From the NCBI GenBank assembly GCA_018826905.1, contig JAHJYC010000001.1, positions 1-63,096 on the forward strand: 63,096 nt of DNA, given 5' to 3'. A program made the translations under genes and the position numbers. Positions 36,405-46,156 of this stretch are shown piece by piece. Within the stretch, counting starts at the first letter, position 1. Each line of letters begins with the position of its first letter. Under the pieces are notes generated by a model. It was not told where the DNA came from, searched no databases, and was given only the letters and a program-made list of their open reading frames with translations. This DNA is from Patescibacteria group bacterium (GTDB lineage: Bacteria > Patescibacteriota > Minisyncoccia > Phycocordibacterales > Phycocordibacteraceae).

Positions 36405-38288
36405 ATGCCAGAGGAATTGCCGGAATCAAACGACGACACAAGTACGCTTGAGCGACTGCGAAGGAAGCTCTATGCCCAAGAGGCGCCTGAAACGTTTACG
36501 GTGCCTGAGCTTGCGCACGAAGAGGTAGCGCAACCGGGAGTTTCCTGGTCGCCTCCACCAGTTGAGGATAAGAAACCACGCATATCGTGGGCAGTTATAT
36601 TCCTTATTGTTGCTGCGGTATTTTTCGTACTTGCGGTTGCGGGAGCTGCGTATTTCCTTATCTTTGGTGCACGCGCAGTCTCTACCGACCGTGTGATCAT
36701 TTCAATTGATGCGCCGACTGCTATAGCAAGCGGTGATACAGTCGCACTCCTTTTGTCAGTACAGAACAATAATCCGGTTCCCATCCATTCAACTCTTATT
36801 GCGGTTGATTTCCCGGAAACAACACGTTCAGCTGAATCAATGGACACTCCGCTTAATCATTTTGAGGATACACTTGGAGACATAGAGCCTGGAAAAGCAG
36901 GACAGCAAACAATACGGGCAGTGCTTTTTGGGGCAGAGAATGAACGAGTGAGTATTCCGCTACGATTTGAGTATCGTGTAGAAGGATCAAATGCAGTGTT
37001 TGTTAAGGAGACCACCTATGATGTGGCCATTACATCCTCTCCACTTAGTGTGCGTGCAGAGGCAGTAACAGAAGCAACAGCAGGTCAGCCACTGACGTTT
37101 GCAGTAACGGTCCGTTCAAATGCTACTACCCGTGTAGAACACGTTGCCGTGCTTGCTCAGTATCCTTTTGGATTTACTGCACGTAAGGGGGAGGGTCCAC
37201 TCTTTCCCATTGGAAGCTTAGATCCCGGAGAAGAGAAGACCGTTGCTATAACAGGGACGCTCGCTGGAGAAAATAGTGAACAGAAGGTCTTTAGATTTAC
37301 TGCGGGTACGAGAGCCAATGCGGATGCATCTCTTTTAGCTGTCTCCTACACCACCACTGAAGCAGCCGTAACGCTTGGTAAGCCATTCCTCAATACATCG
37401 CTTTCGGTGAACCATGATGGAGGTGCGTCACCAGTAGTTAGTGCTGGCTCGCAAGCTCAGGGAATTATCTCGTGGGCAAATACGCTCTCAACTCCAATTC
37501 TAGATGGAGAGATTCTAATAAAGCTTTCTGGGGCAGCGCTTGATCCGAGTTCTGTGAGCGCATATGGAGGATTCTATCGTTCCTCGGACACCACACTTAT
37601 CTTTAGCAAAGAAACAAATTCAGAGCTTGCGCGCCTCGCGCCAGGAGCAACAGGAAACGGTTCGTTTACGTTTGCAACAAAGAACCCTGCTGCACTTACA
37701 GGTGTGAAAAATCCAACCGTTACTGCAACGGTGTCTGTATCAGGGCGTCGGGTAGGGGAGTCTAACGTACCCGAGAGCGTCTCCTCTTCATTAGTGCGCA
37801 CGATTAAGGTTGGGACAGATCTTTCGCTAAAGGCACGCGCACTCTATAGCATTGGTGCTTTTAAGAACACCGGTCCATGGCCCCCTGTTGCCGACACAGA
37901 GACGACCTACACTATAGAGCTCGTGCTTGCCAACACGCTTAACTCAGTTGCCAACGCCTCAGTCTCAGCAACACTGCCTTCCTATGTAACGTATACCGGT
38001 GCAGTGAGCCCGGATGATGGGTCTCTGACATATAATCCAACGTCTAGACGCGTAACATGGAACGCTGGTGAGGTGCCTGCAGGAGCAGGGAGCCGCACCA
38101 TGAGTTTCCAGGTGAAGCTGTTGCCAAGTGTTTCTCAGCGCGGTACAAGTCCTATACTTATGTCCGCTCAGCAGATAACCGGTACTGACCGATTTACACA
38201 AAAGTCTATTTCATTTACAAACCCAGAAGTAACAACCAACACACTAGCAGACCCGCAGTTCCAGGCTAATTCAGGAACAGTTCGCTAA
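36405..38288 (+). CDS. Large membrane-anchored surface protein with repeated Ig-like (CARDB/DUF11-like) beta domains
   Basis: One TM helix at about aa 60-85, then about 540 aa of Thr/Ser/Val-rich beta-strand repeats. Confidence 0.7.
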   Translation: MPEELPESNDDTSTLERLRRKLYAQEAPETFTVPELAHEEVAQPGVSWSPPPVEDKKPRISWAVIFLIVAAVFFVLAVAGAAYFLIFGARAVSTDRVIISIDAPTAIASGDTVALLLSVQNNNPVPIHSTLIAVDFPETTRSAESMDTPLNHFEDTLGDIEPGKAGQQTIRAVLFGAENERVSIPLRFEYRVEGSNAVFVKETTYDVAITSSPLSVRAEAVTEATAGQPLTFAVTVRSNATTRVEHVAVLAQYPFGFTARKGEGPLFPIGSLDPGEEKTVAITGTLAGENSEQKVFRFTAGTRANADASLLAVSYTTTEAAVTLGKPFLNTSLSVNHDGGASPVVSAGSQAQGIISWANTLSTPILDGEILIKLSGAALDPSSVSAYGGFYRSSDTTLIFSKETNSELARLAPGATGNGSFTFATKNPAALTGVKNPTVTATVSVSGRRVGESNVPESVSSSLVRTIKVGTDLSLKARALYSIGAFKNTGPWPPVADTETTYTIELVLANTLNSVANASVSATLPSYVTYTGAVSPDDGSLTYNPTSRRVTWNAGEVPAGAGSRTMSFQVKLLPSVSQRGTSPILMSAQQITGTDRFTQKSISFTNPEVTTNTLADPQFQANSGTVR

Positions 38289-38298
38289 GTACACACGT

Positions 38299-39675
38299 AT
38301 GGTATCCCTAGAAACAATTGTCTCTTTCGCAAAGCGCCGAGGATTTATATTTCCTGGGTCTGAGATCTATGGCGGATTCGCGGGGACCTACGACTTCGGA
38401 CCTCATGGCCTCGCGCTCAAGAAGAATATAGAACAACTCTGGTGGAGGAGGTTTGTTGAGCTGCGAGACGATATGTACGGTATTGATTCAGCAATTCTTA
38501 TGAGTCCTCGTGTGTGGGAAGCGTCTGGGCATACCACCACTTTTAACGACCCACTCGTTGTTGATCAAAAGACTCAGAAGCGATATCGCGCAGACCACCT
38601 TCTTGAAGAGGCTGGCATTGATCCAACTGGCATGAGTACGGATCAAATGAGTGCTGCGCTCAAAGAGAAGGGTATACAGAGTCCTGAAGGGAACCCCCTG
38701 TCTGAAGTACAACAATTCAATATGATGTTTAAGACCTCAGTGGGATCTGTTGAAGGAGGAGAGATGCCCGCGTACTTACGTCCAGAAACGGCACAGGGAA
38801 TGTTCGTTAATTTCAAGAACATCATTGATTCGTATCATCCAAAACTTCCATTCGGTATCGCACAAATAGGGCGCGCATTTAGGAACGAGATTGCTCCTCG
38901 CGAGTTTATTTTCCGTGTTCGTGAGCTTGAGATTATGGAACTAGAGTACTTCCTTGAAGAGAAAACATGGGAAGAGCAGTTTGCCTACTGGCAGAAGGAA
39001 ATGCACGCCTGGTTTAAGGAAATCGGTTTTTCTGACGAAGACGTGAAAGAAGTTGAAGTGTCTGAAGAGGAGCGCGCGCACTATTCAAAGCGCACCTTAG
39101 ATTTCTATTTTAAGTACCCCGGAGGCTTTAAGGAGATCGGAGGACTGGCGTATCGTACAGACTTTGACCTAAAGAATCATGAGGAAGCATCAGGAGCTGA
39201 GTTGCGGTATCTAGATCAAGAGAAAAACGAAAAGATTTCTCCTCACGTACTTGAGCCAACGTTTGGTCTTGGAAGACACGTGCTGGCAGTTCTTGTTAAG
39301 GCATACGATACAGACTCGCTTGGCGGGGAAGAGCGCGTGGTATTGCGGTTGCCTGCAAAGCTCGCTCCAGTAAAAGCACTCGTCTCTCCGCTTCTTAAAA
39401 ATAAGCCAGAACTCGTTGCGAAGGCGCAGGAGGTACGAAGACGTCTCCAGGAAGTACACCCTGCTATTGCGTGGGATGATAACGGGAATATTGGGAAACG
39501 CTACAGACGACAAGATGAAATTGGTACCCCCTTCTGCATCACTGTTGATTTTGACACCCTGGGAGAGTCTCCTGAGCTTACAGACACGGTTACTCTTAGA
39601 CACCGGGATACTGGGGAGCAAGAGCGCCTTTTTATTGAAGAGGTGGCAGAGCGACTCACACAGGCCCTTAAGTAG
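38299..39675 (+). CDS. glyQS: Glycine--tRNA ligase (dimeric class II type)
   Basis: RRGFIFPGSEIYGG, FRNEISPR-like (FRNEIAPREF), and a C-terminal anticodon-binding domain. Confidence 0.95.
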   Translation: MVSLETIVSFAKRRGFIFPGSEIYGGFAGTYDFGPHGLALKKNIEQLWWRRFVELRDDMYGIDSAILMSPRVWEASGHTTTFNDPLVVDQKTQKRYRADHLLEEAGIDPTGMSTDQMSAALKEKGIQSPEGNPLSEVQQFNMMFKTSVGSVEGGEMPAYLRPETAQGMFVNFKNIIDSYHPKLPFGIAQIGRAFRNEIAPREFIFRVRELEIMELEYFLEEKTWEEQFAYWQKEMHAWFKEIGFSDEDVKEVEVSEEERAHYSKRTLDFYFKYPGGFKEIGGLAYRTDFDLKNHEEASGAELRYLDQEKNEKISPHVLEPTFGLGRHVLAVLVKAYDTDSLGGEERVVLRLPAKLAPVKALVSPLLKNKPELVAKAQEVRRRLQEVHPAIAWDDNGNIGKRYRRQDEIGTPFCITVDFDTLGESPELTDTVTLRHRDTGEQERLFIEEVAERLTQALK

Positions 39676-39706
39676 GAGATTTGGGGCGCTGTGCTAGTAT
39701 TTTCCT

Positions 39707-40756
39707 ATGCACAAAAACGTCTCCATAACTATCACCCCGGGCACCATTATCACTGCAATTCTTATTGGAGCGGTGGCTTTCGCGTTGTGGACGCTTCGTG
39801 ATCTCGCGCTTTTGGTGCTTACTGCAATTGTTATCGCCTCAGCCATTGAGCCAGGAGTTTCATTTTTCCGTAGGAAACATATCCCCCGCGTGCTTGCTGT
39901 GACGGGCATGTATGTAGCAGTATTTGGTTCTTTGTTTGCTATTGTCTACTTTTTCCTTCCTCCAGTACTTGATGACGCTCAAGGATTCCTTTCAACAGCT
40001 CCTCAATATTTGGACACGCTTAATATTCCCGCACCTTTTGCTGTACTAACCGATACTGCTCGTACCGCAGCAGCGCCAGACCAATCACAGTCCATCTTTG
40101 ATACGCTATTTGCGTTCCAGTCTGCGTTCGCAGATACCACAGGTGGGGCAGTGCGCGTATTGTCCACCTTCTTTGGCGGCATCTTCGCGCTCATTCTCGT
40201 TATTGTGCTCTCTTTCTACTTTGCAATCCAGGAGACTGGAATTGATGATTTCGTGAGACTCATAACTCCTTCCAAACATGAGAATTATGCAGTAGGACTT
40301 TGGTTGCGTGCGAAAAAGAAAATAGGGCAGTGGATGCAGGGGCAACTGCTGCTGTCGCTGATTGTGGGAGTCATTGTGTATTTAGGGCTTCTTATTCTTG
40401 GGGTTCCGTACGCGCTTTTGCTCGCACTTCTCGCTGCAATTCTTGATCTGATTCCAATCTTCGGCTCTTTTATTGCTGGAATCTTGGGCGTGATTGTTGC
40501 ATTCGCTTCAGGAGGGGTGACGCTTGCTTTGATTGTTGCAGGGCTCTTCTTTATCGTGAATCAGTTTGAGGCGCACCTTATCTACCCGCTTGTGGTGAAT
40601 AAAGTGGTCGGTATTCCTCCTCTACTTGTTATTCTTGCCCTCATTGTCGGAGGAAGTCTTGCAGGATTCCTGGGAGTTCTCCTCTCTATCCCTCTGGCAG
40701 CCGCACTTCGTGAATTCCTTAGTGACGTAGAGCGCCGGAAACATCTCCCTGTATAG
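39707..40756 (+). CDS. AI-2E family transporter (PerM/UPF0118)
   Basis: Eight TM helices; LDLIPIFGSFIAG motif. Confidence 0.85.
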   Translation: MHKNVSITITPGTIITAILIGAVAFALWTLRDLALLVLTAIVIASAIEPGVSFFRRKHIPRVLAVTGMYVAVFGSLFAIVYFFLPPVLDDAQGFLSTAPQYLDTLNIPAPFAVLTDTARTAAAPDQSQSIFDTLFAFQSAFADTTGGAVRVLSTFFGGIFALILVIVLSFYFAIQETGIDDFVRLITPSKHENYAVGLWLRAKKKIGQWMQGQLLLSLIVGVIVYLGLLILGVPYALLLALLAAILDLIPIFGSFIAGILGVIVAFASGGVTLALIVAGLFFIVNQFEAHLIYPLVVNKVVGIPPLLVILALIVGGSLAGFLGVLLSIPLAAALREFLSDVERRKHLPV

Positions 40757-40768
40757 GGGTAATTAGCA

Positions 40769-42199
40769 ATGGCTCGGTACGTTACTACTACACTTCCATA
40801 CGTAAACGCCGACCCGCACATCGGGTTCGCGCTTGAGATCATTGAGGCCGATGTAATTGCACGTGCATGGCGTCTTAGGGGAGAGGAGGTGTTCTTTTCA
40901 ACAGGCGCAGATGAGCACGGTCAAAAGATATGGGAAGCCGCTGAACGAGCTGGGAAAAACGCTCAAGAGTATGTTGATTATTACGCACATGAAGTAGAGA
41001 AGCTGAAGGAAGCGCTCTCGCTTTCAACAGACCACTTTATTCGTACCACTGACACAGCACACAAAGAGGCAGCACAAGAAATGTGGAGGCGGTGCATGGA
41101 GGCAGGAGATATCTATAAGAAGTCTTATACCGGTAGGTATTGTGTAGGGTGTGAGGCATATAAAACGGAGCGCGAGCTTGATGCAGAGGAACACTGTGTG
41201 CTCCATCCTAGTCTCACACTTGAAGAGAGAACTGAAGAAAACTATTTCTTTGCATTCTCTAAGTACACCGAACAACTGCTTGCGGTGTTGAATACTCCTG
41301 CGTCAATTGTTCCCGAATGGAGACGAGAAGAAGCAGTACGATTTGTTACAGAGGGGCTTGAGGATTTCAGTATTTCTAGGAAGAAGGAGAAGCTTTCGTG
41401 GGGAGTTCCAGTTCCAGGAGACGATACACAAGTTATGTATGTTTGGTTTGATGCGCTTACCAGCTACCTTTCAACACTTGGGTGGCCACGTGATGGTAAC
41501 GGGCTCTATGAAAAGTTTTGGGTAAACGGCACAACTCTTCAAATGGCAGGGAAGGACCAAGTGCGGTTCCAATCTCTTATGTGGCAGGCAATGCTCTGCT
41601 CTGCGGGAATTAAGAATACTGACCAGGTTTTCTATCATGGCTTCATCAATTCCGGCGGCCAACGTATGTCAAAGTCTTTAGGGAACGTTATTAGTCCTTA
41701 CGAGCTTGTTGAGAAATATGGCACCGAGGCTACGCGGTACGTGCTTTTGCGTCACGTACACCCCACAGAGGACTCTGATGTTACATGGGAGCGTCTTGAT
41801 GAATGGTACACCGCCAATCTCGTGAATGGGCTTGGGAATCTCCTTGCACGCATTATGAAGCTTGCAGAGACACATCTGGAGAAGGGAATTGACCAGCCTG
41901 AGGAAGACGACTTTGATCCAAAGTACTGGAATTCTTTGGACACATTTGAGTTCAGTCAGGGAATGGATCTAGTGTGGAGCAAGATTCAGGTGCTTGATGA
42001 GCGCATTACGCGGGAAGAACCATTTAAGCTGGTAAAAAGTGATCCAGAAGCGGGGAGGAAGAATATAACGGAGCTTACTCACGAACTATATGCTGTTGGC
42101 AGATTGCTCGCTCCGTTCATGCCAGATACTAGTGAACGCATAAAAGAGGCCGTCCTCTCAAACAAGAAGCCGGAGAATCTATTCCCACGTCTTTCTTAA
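40769..42199 (+). CDS. metG: Methionine--tRNA ligase (short form without C-terminal tRNA-binding domain)
   Basis: TLPYVNADPHIGF (HIGH), KMSKSLGN and a Zn knuckle CVGCEAY...C. Confidence 0.95.
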   Translation: MARYVTTTLPYVNADPHIGFALEIIEADVIARAWRLRGEEVFFSTGADEHGQKIWEAAERAGKNAQEYVDYYAHEVEKLKEALSLSTDHFIRTTDTAHKEAAQEMWRRCMEAGDIYKKSYTGRYCVGCEAYKTERELDAEEHCVLHPSLTLEERTEENYFFAFSKYTEQLLAVLNTPASIVPEWRREEAVRFVTEGLEDFSISRKKEKLSWGVPVPGDDTQVMYVWFDALTSYLSTLGWPRDGNGLYEKFWVNGTTLQMAGKDQVRFQSLMWQAMLCSAGIKNTDQVFYHGFINSGGQRMSKSLGNVISPYELVEKYGTEATRYVLLRHVHPTEDSDVTWERLDEWYTANLVNGLGNLLARIMKLAETHLEKGIDQPEEDDFDPKYWNSLDTFEFSQGMDLVWSKIQVLDERITREEPFKLVKSDPEAGRKNITELTHELYAVGRLLAPFMPDTSERIKEAVLSNKKPENLFPRLS

Positions 42200-42201
42200 G
42201 T

Positions 42202-43002
42202 ATGAAGTACTTTGATGCACACTGTCATATACAATTTGATCGGTTTTCAGAAGACAGAACAGAGGTTATAGAGAAAATGCAGAAAGAAGAGTTTGGGGGC
42301 CTTGTGGTTGGTGTTGATATGGCCTCTACAAGAGCTGCTGTTGAATTGGTGCAACAGTATCCGCACTTGTGGGCATCTGTAGGTCTTCACCCAAACGATA
42401 CCCCTGAAGAGCCATTTGATAGAGAAGCATTTCTTAGGCTTGCTGGAGACCCTAAGGTTGTCGCTATAGGGGAGTGTGGTTTGGATAATTACCGGCCCGA
42501 AGATCCTGAACAAGAAAAAGAAAGACAGAGAAGGGTATTTATTCAACACGTGGAACTGGCTCTAGAGACAGATAAGCCACTTATGATTCATTCCCGACCC
42601 AAGAAGGGAACAATGGATGCGTACCACGACCTCATTGAGATTTTAGGTTCATATAAGAAAGACTATGGAGAAAAGCTCCGTGGAGATATTCATTTCTTTG
42701 TCGGCGGAATTGAAGAAGCAAAAGCGTTTGTTGAGCTTGGCTTCACGATGTCATTTACTGCAGTGCTTACCTTCGCGAGGGACTATGACGAGGTGGTACG
42801 GTATCTTCCCCTTGAAAGTATATTGTCTGAGACAGACGCCCCCTATGTTGCTCCGGCGTCTAGAAGGGGTACTCGGAATGACCCTTTTGCCGTACGCGAT
42901 GTAGTAGAAGCAATAGCGGAAATTCGTGGAGAAGACACAGAAAAAGTACGAAGTACTATCCTTGCCAATGCAGAGCGAGTATTTGGGCTTTCTGGCCTGT
43001 AG
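42202..43002 (+). CDS. tatD: TatD-family metal-dependent hydrolase / DNase
   Basis: FDAHCHIQF, IGECGLD and IHSR motifs. Confidence 0.9.
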   Translation: MKYFDAHCHIQFDRFSEDRTEVIEKMQKEEFGGLVVGVDMASTRAAVELVQQYPHLWASVGLHPNDTPEEPFDREAFLRLAGDPKVVAIGECGLDNYRPEDPEQEKERQRRVFIQHVELALETDKPLMIHSRPKKGTMDAYHDLIEILGSYKKDYGEKLRGDIHFFVGGIEEAKAFVELGFTMSFTAVLTFARDYDEVVRYLPLESILSETDAPYVAPASRRGTRNDPFAVRDVVEAIAEIRGEDTEKVRSTILANAERVFGLSGL

Positions 43003-43048
43003 GCTGGCATTTGCTGGTCTAAAATAAGCGTGGTAGGATACGGCCACT

Positions 43049-43534
43049 ATGGCTAAGAACGATATTGAATCGGGCGAGATGGTAAACGATACGGAGCACG
43101 CAGAGACGCGTGTTTACGAGCTCGCATTCCATATTGATCCTGAGCTTCCCCAGGAGGAAGCAAAGAAGACCTATCAGACCCTTCGCGAAGGACTTGCGGG
43201 AGCAGGATCTGTAGTGGCTGAAGGAGAGATCCAGAAGATCCCTCTTGCATACACTATCTCACGTAAGGAGCACGCAGGACGTCGTGACTTTGATTCTGCA
43301 TTCTTTGGGTGGATTGCATACGAGGCAGATGGTGCAGGGCACCAAAAGGCACTAGAGATGGTACAGGCAGAGACACGAGTAATTCGTTTCCTTGATCTTC
43401 GTACTACTGTTGAAGGCGCAAAGCATGCTGCTGAGATGCATGAGTTCTATGCAAAGCTTCCTGAGAAGGCTTCTGAGGAAGAAGAGGTATCAGATGCACA
43501 GCTAGATGCTGCGCTTAAGGAGGCCGGCGTGTAG
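43049..43534 (+). CDS. rpsF: 30S ribosomal protein S6 (extended)
   Basis: RVYELAFHIDP... plus the conserved rpsF-ssb-rpsR context. Confidence 0.8.
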   Translation: MAKNDIESGEMVNDTEHAETRVYELAFHIDPELPQEEAKKTYQTLREGLAGAGSVVAEGEIQKIPLAYTISRKEHAGRRDFDSAFFGWIAYEADGAGHQKALEMVQAETRVIRFLDLRTTVEGAKHAAEMHEFYAKLPEKASEEEEVSDAQLDAALKEAGV

Positions 43535-43551
43535 GGTGTACACTGAGGGAT

Positions 43552-44010
43552 ATGTATCTCAACAAAGTACTTCTCTACGGCAACCTTACTCGCGATCCTG
43601 AGGTCCGCGCGCTCCCGTCAGGGCAGCAAGTAGCAACCTTCGGTCTTGCAACAAATCGTTCTTTTAAGAATAAAGAAGGAGCACAACAGGAGCAGACAGA
43701 GTTTCATAACATTGTCTCCTTCGGGCGCACCGCTGAAGTTATGGGGCAGTACCTTAAGAAGGGACGTCCTGTATATGTTGAAGGCCGCATTCAGACCCGC
43801 TCATGGGACAAGGATGGCCAGAAGCAGTACCGCACGGAGATTGTCGTAGACAGCTTCCAGTTCGGCCCTCAGGCGGGAGGGGAAGGGAAGAGTGGACACT
43901 CTGGTCCTGCGCGCGCATCAGACACTGAACGCCCTCAGGAATCCCCAGACCAAGGCGCAAACATTCAGTATCCAGACGAAGAAATAAACCCAGAAGATAT
44001 TCCTTTTTAA
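43552..44010 (+). CDS. ssb: Single-stranded DNA-binding protein
   Basis: NKVLLYGNLTRDPEVR OB fold; acidic tail ending DIPF. Confidence 0.95.
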   Translation: MYLNKVLLYGNLTRDPEVRALPSGQQVATFGLATNRSFKNKEGAQQEQTEFHNIVSFGRTAEVMGQYLKKGRPVYVEGRIQTRSWDKDGQKQYRTEIVVDSFQFGPQAGGEGKSGHSGPARASDTERPQESPDQGANIQYPDEEINPEDIPF

Positions 44011-44020
44011 GTAACACATC

Positions 44021-44227
44021 ATGGCACACCAATCAGAGCGAGAAGAAATAGAGCACAAGAAATTCGTTGACTACAAGGATGTCGCGTACCTGAAGCAATT
44101 CATGACGCCTCATGCAAAGATTGTTGCGAAGAAGCGCTCACGCGTTCCAGCAGCACGTCAGCGAGAGATTGCGCTAGCAATTAAGCGCGCGCGATACATG
44201 GCACTCTTGCCGTACCTCGCAGCATAA
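44021..44227 (+). CDS. rpsR: 30S ribosomal protein S18
   Basis: FVDYKDVAYLKQFMTPHAKI...RQREIALAIKRARYMALLPY. Confidence 0.95.
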   Translation: MAHQSEREEIEHKKFVDYKDVAYLKQFMTPHAKIVAKKRSRVPAARQREIALAIKRARYMALLPYLAA

Positions 44228-44256
44228 GAAAAGCGCCTCACCTGAGGCGTTTTTTG
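44228..44256 (+). terminator. Intrinsic terminator after rpsR
   Basis: AAAAGCGCCTCA-cc-TGAGGCGTTTTTT. Confidence 0.85.
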
Positions 44257-44334
44257 CTTTTGTGAAGGACCCATGTTTATATAGAAAAGCGGCGCAATGG
44301 GGCGCCGTGTTTCTTTCTATGGATAGAGTGAATA

Positions 44335-44499
44335 ATGACTAAGAAAAGCTGGAGCTTTGATAGAAAGCTTCTCATAACCTTCGTCGCCACGGTCTCCCTC
44401 GCTTGTGGAGGGGTCGCTGCGAAAGAGAATTACGAACAGGAGCGAGCTTCTGCCCAAAGGGTGGTTGTCGCACCTGCGTCGTCTGACGTCGCTCGCTAA
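44335..44499 (+). CDS. Possible 54-aa secreted / lipoprotein-like micro-ORF
   Basis: MTKKSWSFDRKLLITFVATVSLACGG... gives a signal-like N-terminus with a Cys after the hydrophobic stretch. Not in the ORF track (<60 aa). Confidence 0.3.
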   Translation: MTKKSWSFDRKLLITFVATVSLACGGVAAKENYEQERASAQRVVVAPASSDVAR

Positions 44500-44541
44500 G
44501 CGAGTATCACTCAAACACACCTGCGCTAGGTAGCGCACAAA

Positions 44542-44566
44542 GGCCACCCTTAGAAAGAGGGTGGCC
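44542..44566. terminator. Bidirectional hairpin terminator (efp / micro-ORF)
   Basis: GGCCACCCT-tagaaag-AGGGTGGCC. Confidence 0.7.
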
Positions 44567-44587
44567 TACGTTGTTTAGGAGGATGTA

Positions 44588-45163
44588 CTAGGCTTTCTCA
44601 ACTCGTTCTACGTAATCGCCAGTTCCAGTGTTAATACGAAGAATGTCGTCAACGTTGATGAAAAGAGGAGTGGAAACAACCGCACCCGATTCAAGAATAA
44701 CCTTCTTGTCTCCTCCTGTTGCAGTATCACCACGCACTGCAGGAGGTGCTTCAACTACCTTAAGGTCTACTTTGATAGGAATATCAATCGTAACGGGTTC
44801 TTCGTTGTAAAGGAGCACTTCAACAGGAGAATTTTGTATTAACCACTTCACTTTGTCCGCCACTGCTGCCTCAGGGAAGGAGAACCTATTTTTCGGGTTT
44901 CCTTCTTCAGCAAACCAAGACTCTCCACGATTTGTATAGAGGTAGGATGCGCCCATCTTGCTGATGTCTGCTTCTGTAACGGACTCGTTTTGATGAAAAG
45001 AGATTTCCAGAACTTTTCCGGAGACTAGGTGTCGCAACTTCGTTTGATTTACAGGCTTTCGTTGCTGCATGCGAAATACATGAGAAGAAAGCACTTCATA
45101 CGGCTCACCGTTGTAATCAATAACCTTCTTCTGCACTATTTCGTTGTAGGAGAGTACTGCCAT
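44588..45163 (-). CDS. efp: Elongation factor P (divergent modification loop)
   Basis: Three-domain EF-P; GDTATGGDKKVILESGAVVSTPLFI conserved. The loop reads FRMQQRKPVNQTKL instead of VKPGKGQAF..KL. Confidence 0.9.
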   Translation of the reverse strand: MAVLSYNEIVQKKVIDYNGEPYEVLSSHVFRMQQRKPVNQTKLRHLVSGKVLEISFHQNESVTEADISKMGASYLYTNRGESWFAEEGNPKNRFSFPEAAVADKVKWLIQNSPVEVLLYNEEPVTIDIPIKVDLKVVEAPPAVRGDTATGGDKKVILESGAVVSTPLFINVDDILRINTGTGDYVERVEKA

Positions 45164-45228
45164 AAGAGTGTAACTGTTCTGAGGGTAAGTGAGTTATAAA
45201 AAATGCCCAGGAACAGAGGATACGGGGT

Positions 45229-45837
45229 ATGATACAGGACAGTATGAGGGAAGTAAATTCTCACCTAGAGTCCTGGAACGATCGCTCTGATGCTGAGGTA
45301 CTAACGGCTGCACAGAGTGATCCTGAGGTATTTGCTGTGCTCGTGCATCGGTACGAAGACGCGTTCATGCGAAAGGCACGCTCAATCCTGCGCTCAACAG
45401 AGGACGCTGAGGAAGTAGTGCAAGATACGTTCACCCGTATCTACGTGTACGCGGACCGCTACCAGCCCCAGGAAGGGGCAACCTTTACTTCGTGGGCTTA
45501 CGCAATACTCACCCGGCTCGCCTTCACTCGGTATCAGAAACTTGTGAAGCACAGAGGTCGGACCCTCGCTCTGGAGCCTGAGACGTACGAGCGGTTGCCA
45601 GAAGAAGGATCTTTTTTGGACACACTAAGTATTCAAAACGAGTTACTTGTTGCTATGGCGAAACTCCCAGAGCAGGCTGCACATGTACTGACACTCCAGT
45701 TCTTAGAAGGGAAAACTCAGGAAGAAATTGCGCAGAGCGAGGGCAGCACCATCCCAGCTGTAAAAACTCGTGTACACCGCGCAAAGAAATTATTAAAGAA
45801 GGCACTCCAAGAAAACGAACACACTCATGAACGCTAA
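45229..45837 (+). CDS. ECF-type RNA polymerase sigma factor
   Basis: Region 2 (DAEEVVQDTFTRIY, FTSWAYAI) and region 4 HTH (EIAQSEGSTIPAVKTRVHRAKKLL). Confidence 0.9.
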   Translation: MIQDSMREVNSHLESWNDRSDAEVLTAAQSDPEVFAVLVHRYEDAFMRKARSILRSTEDAEEVVQDTFTRIYVYADRYQPQEGATFTSWAYAILTRLAFTRYQKLVKHRGRTLALEPETYERLPEEGSFLDTLSIQNELLVAMAKLPEQAAHVLTLQFLEGKTQEEIAQSEGSTIPAVKTRVHRAKKLLKKALQENEHTHER

Positions 45838-46156
45838 TTCATCACTTTCCGATACCATACTGAGTCGTGTGCGCACGGTGCATACGGTACGTCGCGCAAC
45901 ACCTGTTGTGCTCGCTTCTTTTGTATTTCTTGTAGCAAGTCTTTGGGCTTTAGGGAGGGAAGTGTGGGTCTCTCAAGTCTTTGCCAACATGCCTCCATTG
46001 TTTGATATACCAGCACTTGCTAGTTTCATGACGTACGCCTTTCTACACACTGATATTGCAGTGCAGATCCTTTGTCTGGCACTCGTCGTTGCAACGATTG
46101 GACTTGCTCGCGGATGCGCGCGCATCTTAGCTACACTGACAAACTCTTACGTTTAA
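45827..46156 (+). CDS. Putative anti-sigma factor (small membrane protein)
   Basis: Overlaps the sigma gene stop. Three hydrophobic helices. The assignment rests on position only. Confidence 0.4.
   Translation: MNANSSLSDTILSRVRTVHTVRRATPVVLASFVFLVASLWALGREVWVSQVFANMPPLFDIPALASFMTYAFLHTDIAVQILCLALVVATIGLARGCARILATLTNSYV

Noticed and set aside
44317-44547. 76-aa minus-strand ORF between rpsR and efp
   Set aside because: It has an Arg/Ser/Leu-rich, low-complexity translation and no start context. The plus-strand micro-ORF with a signal-like N-terminus is the more plausible reading, and it is itself low confidence.
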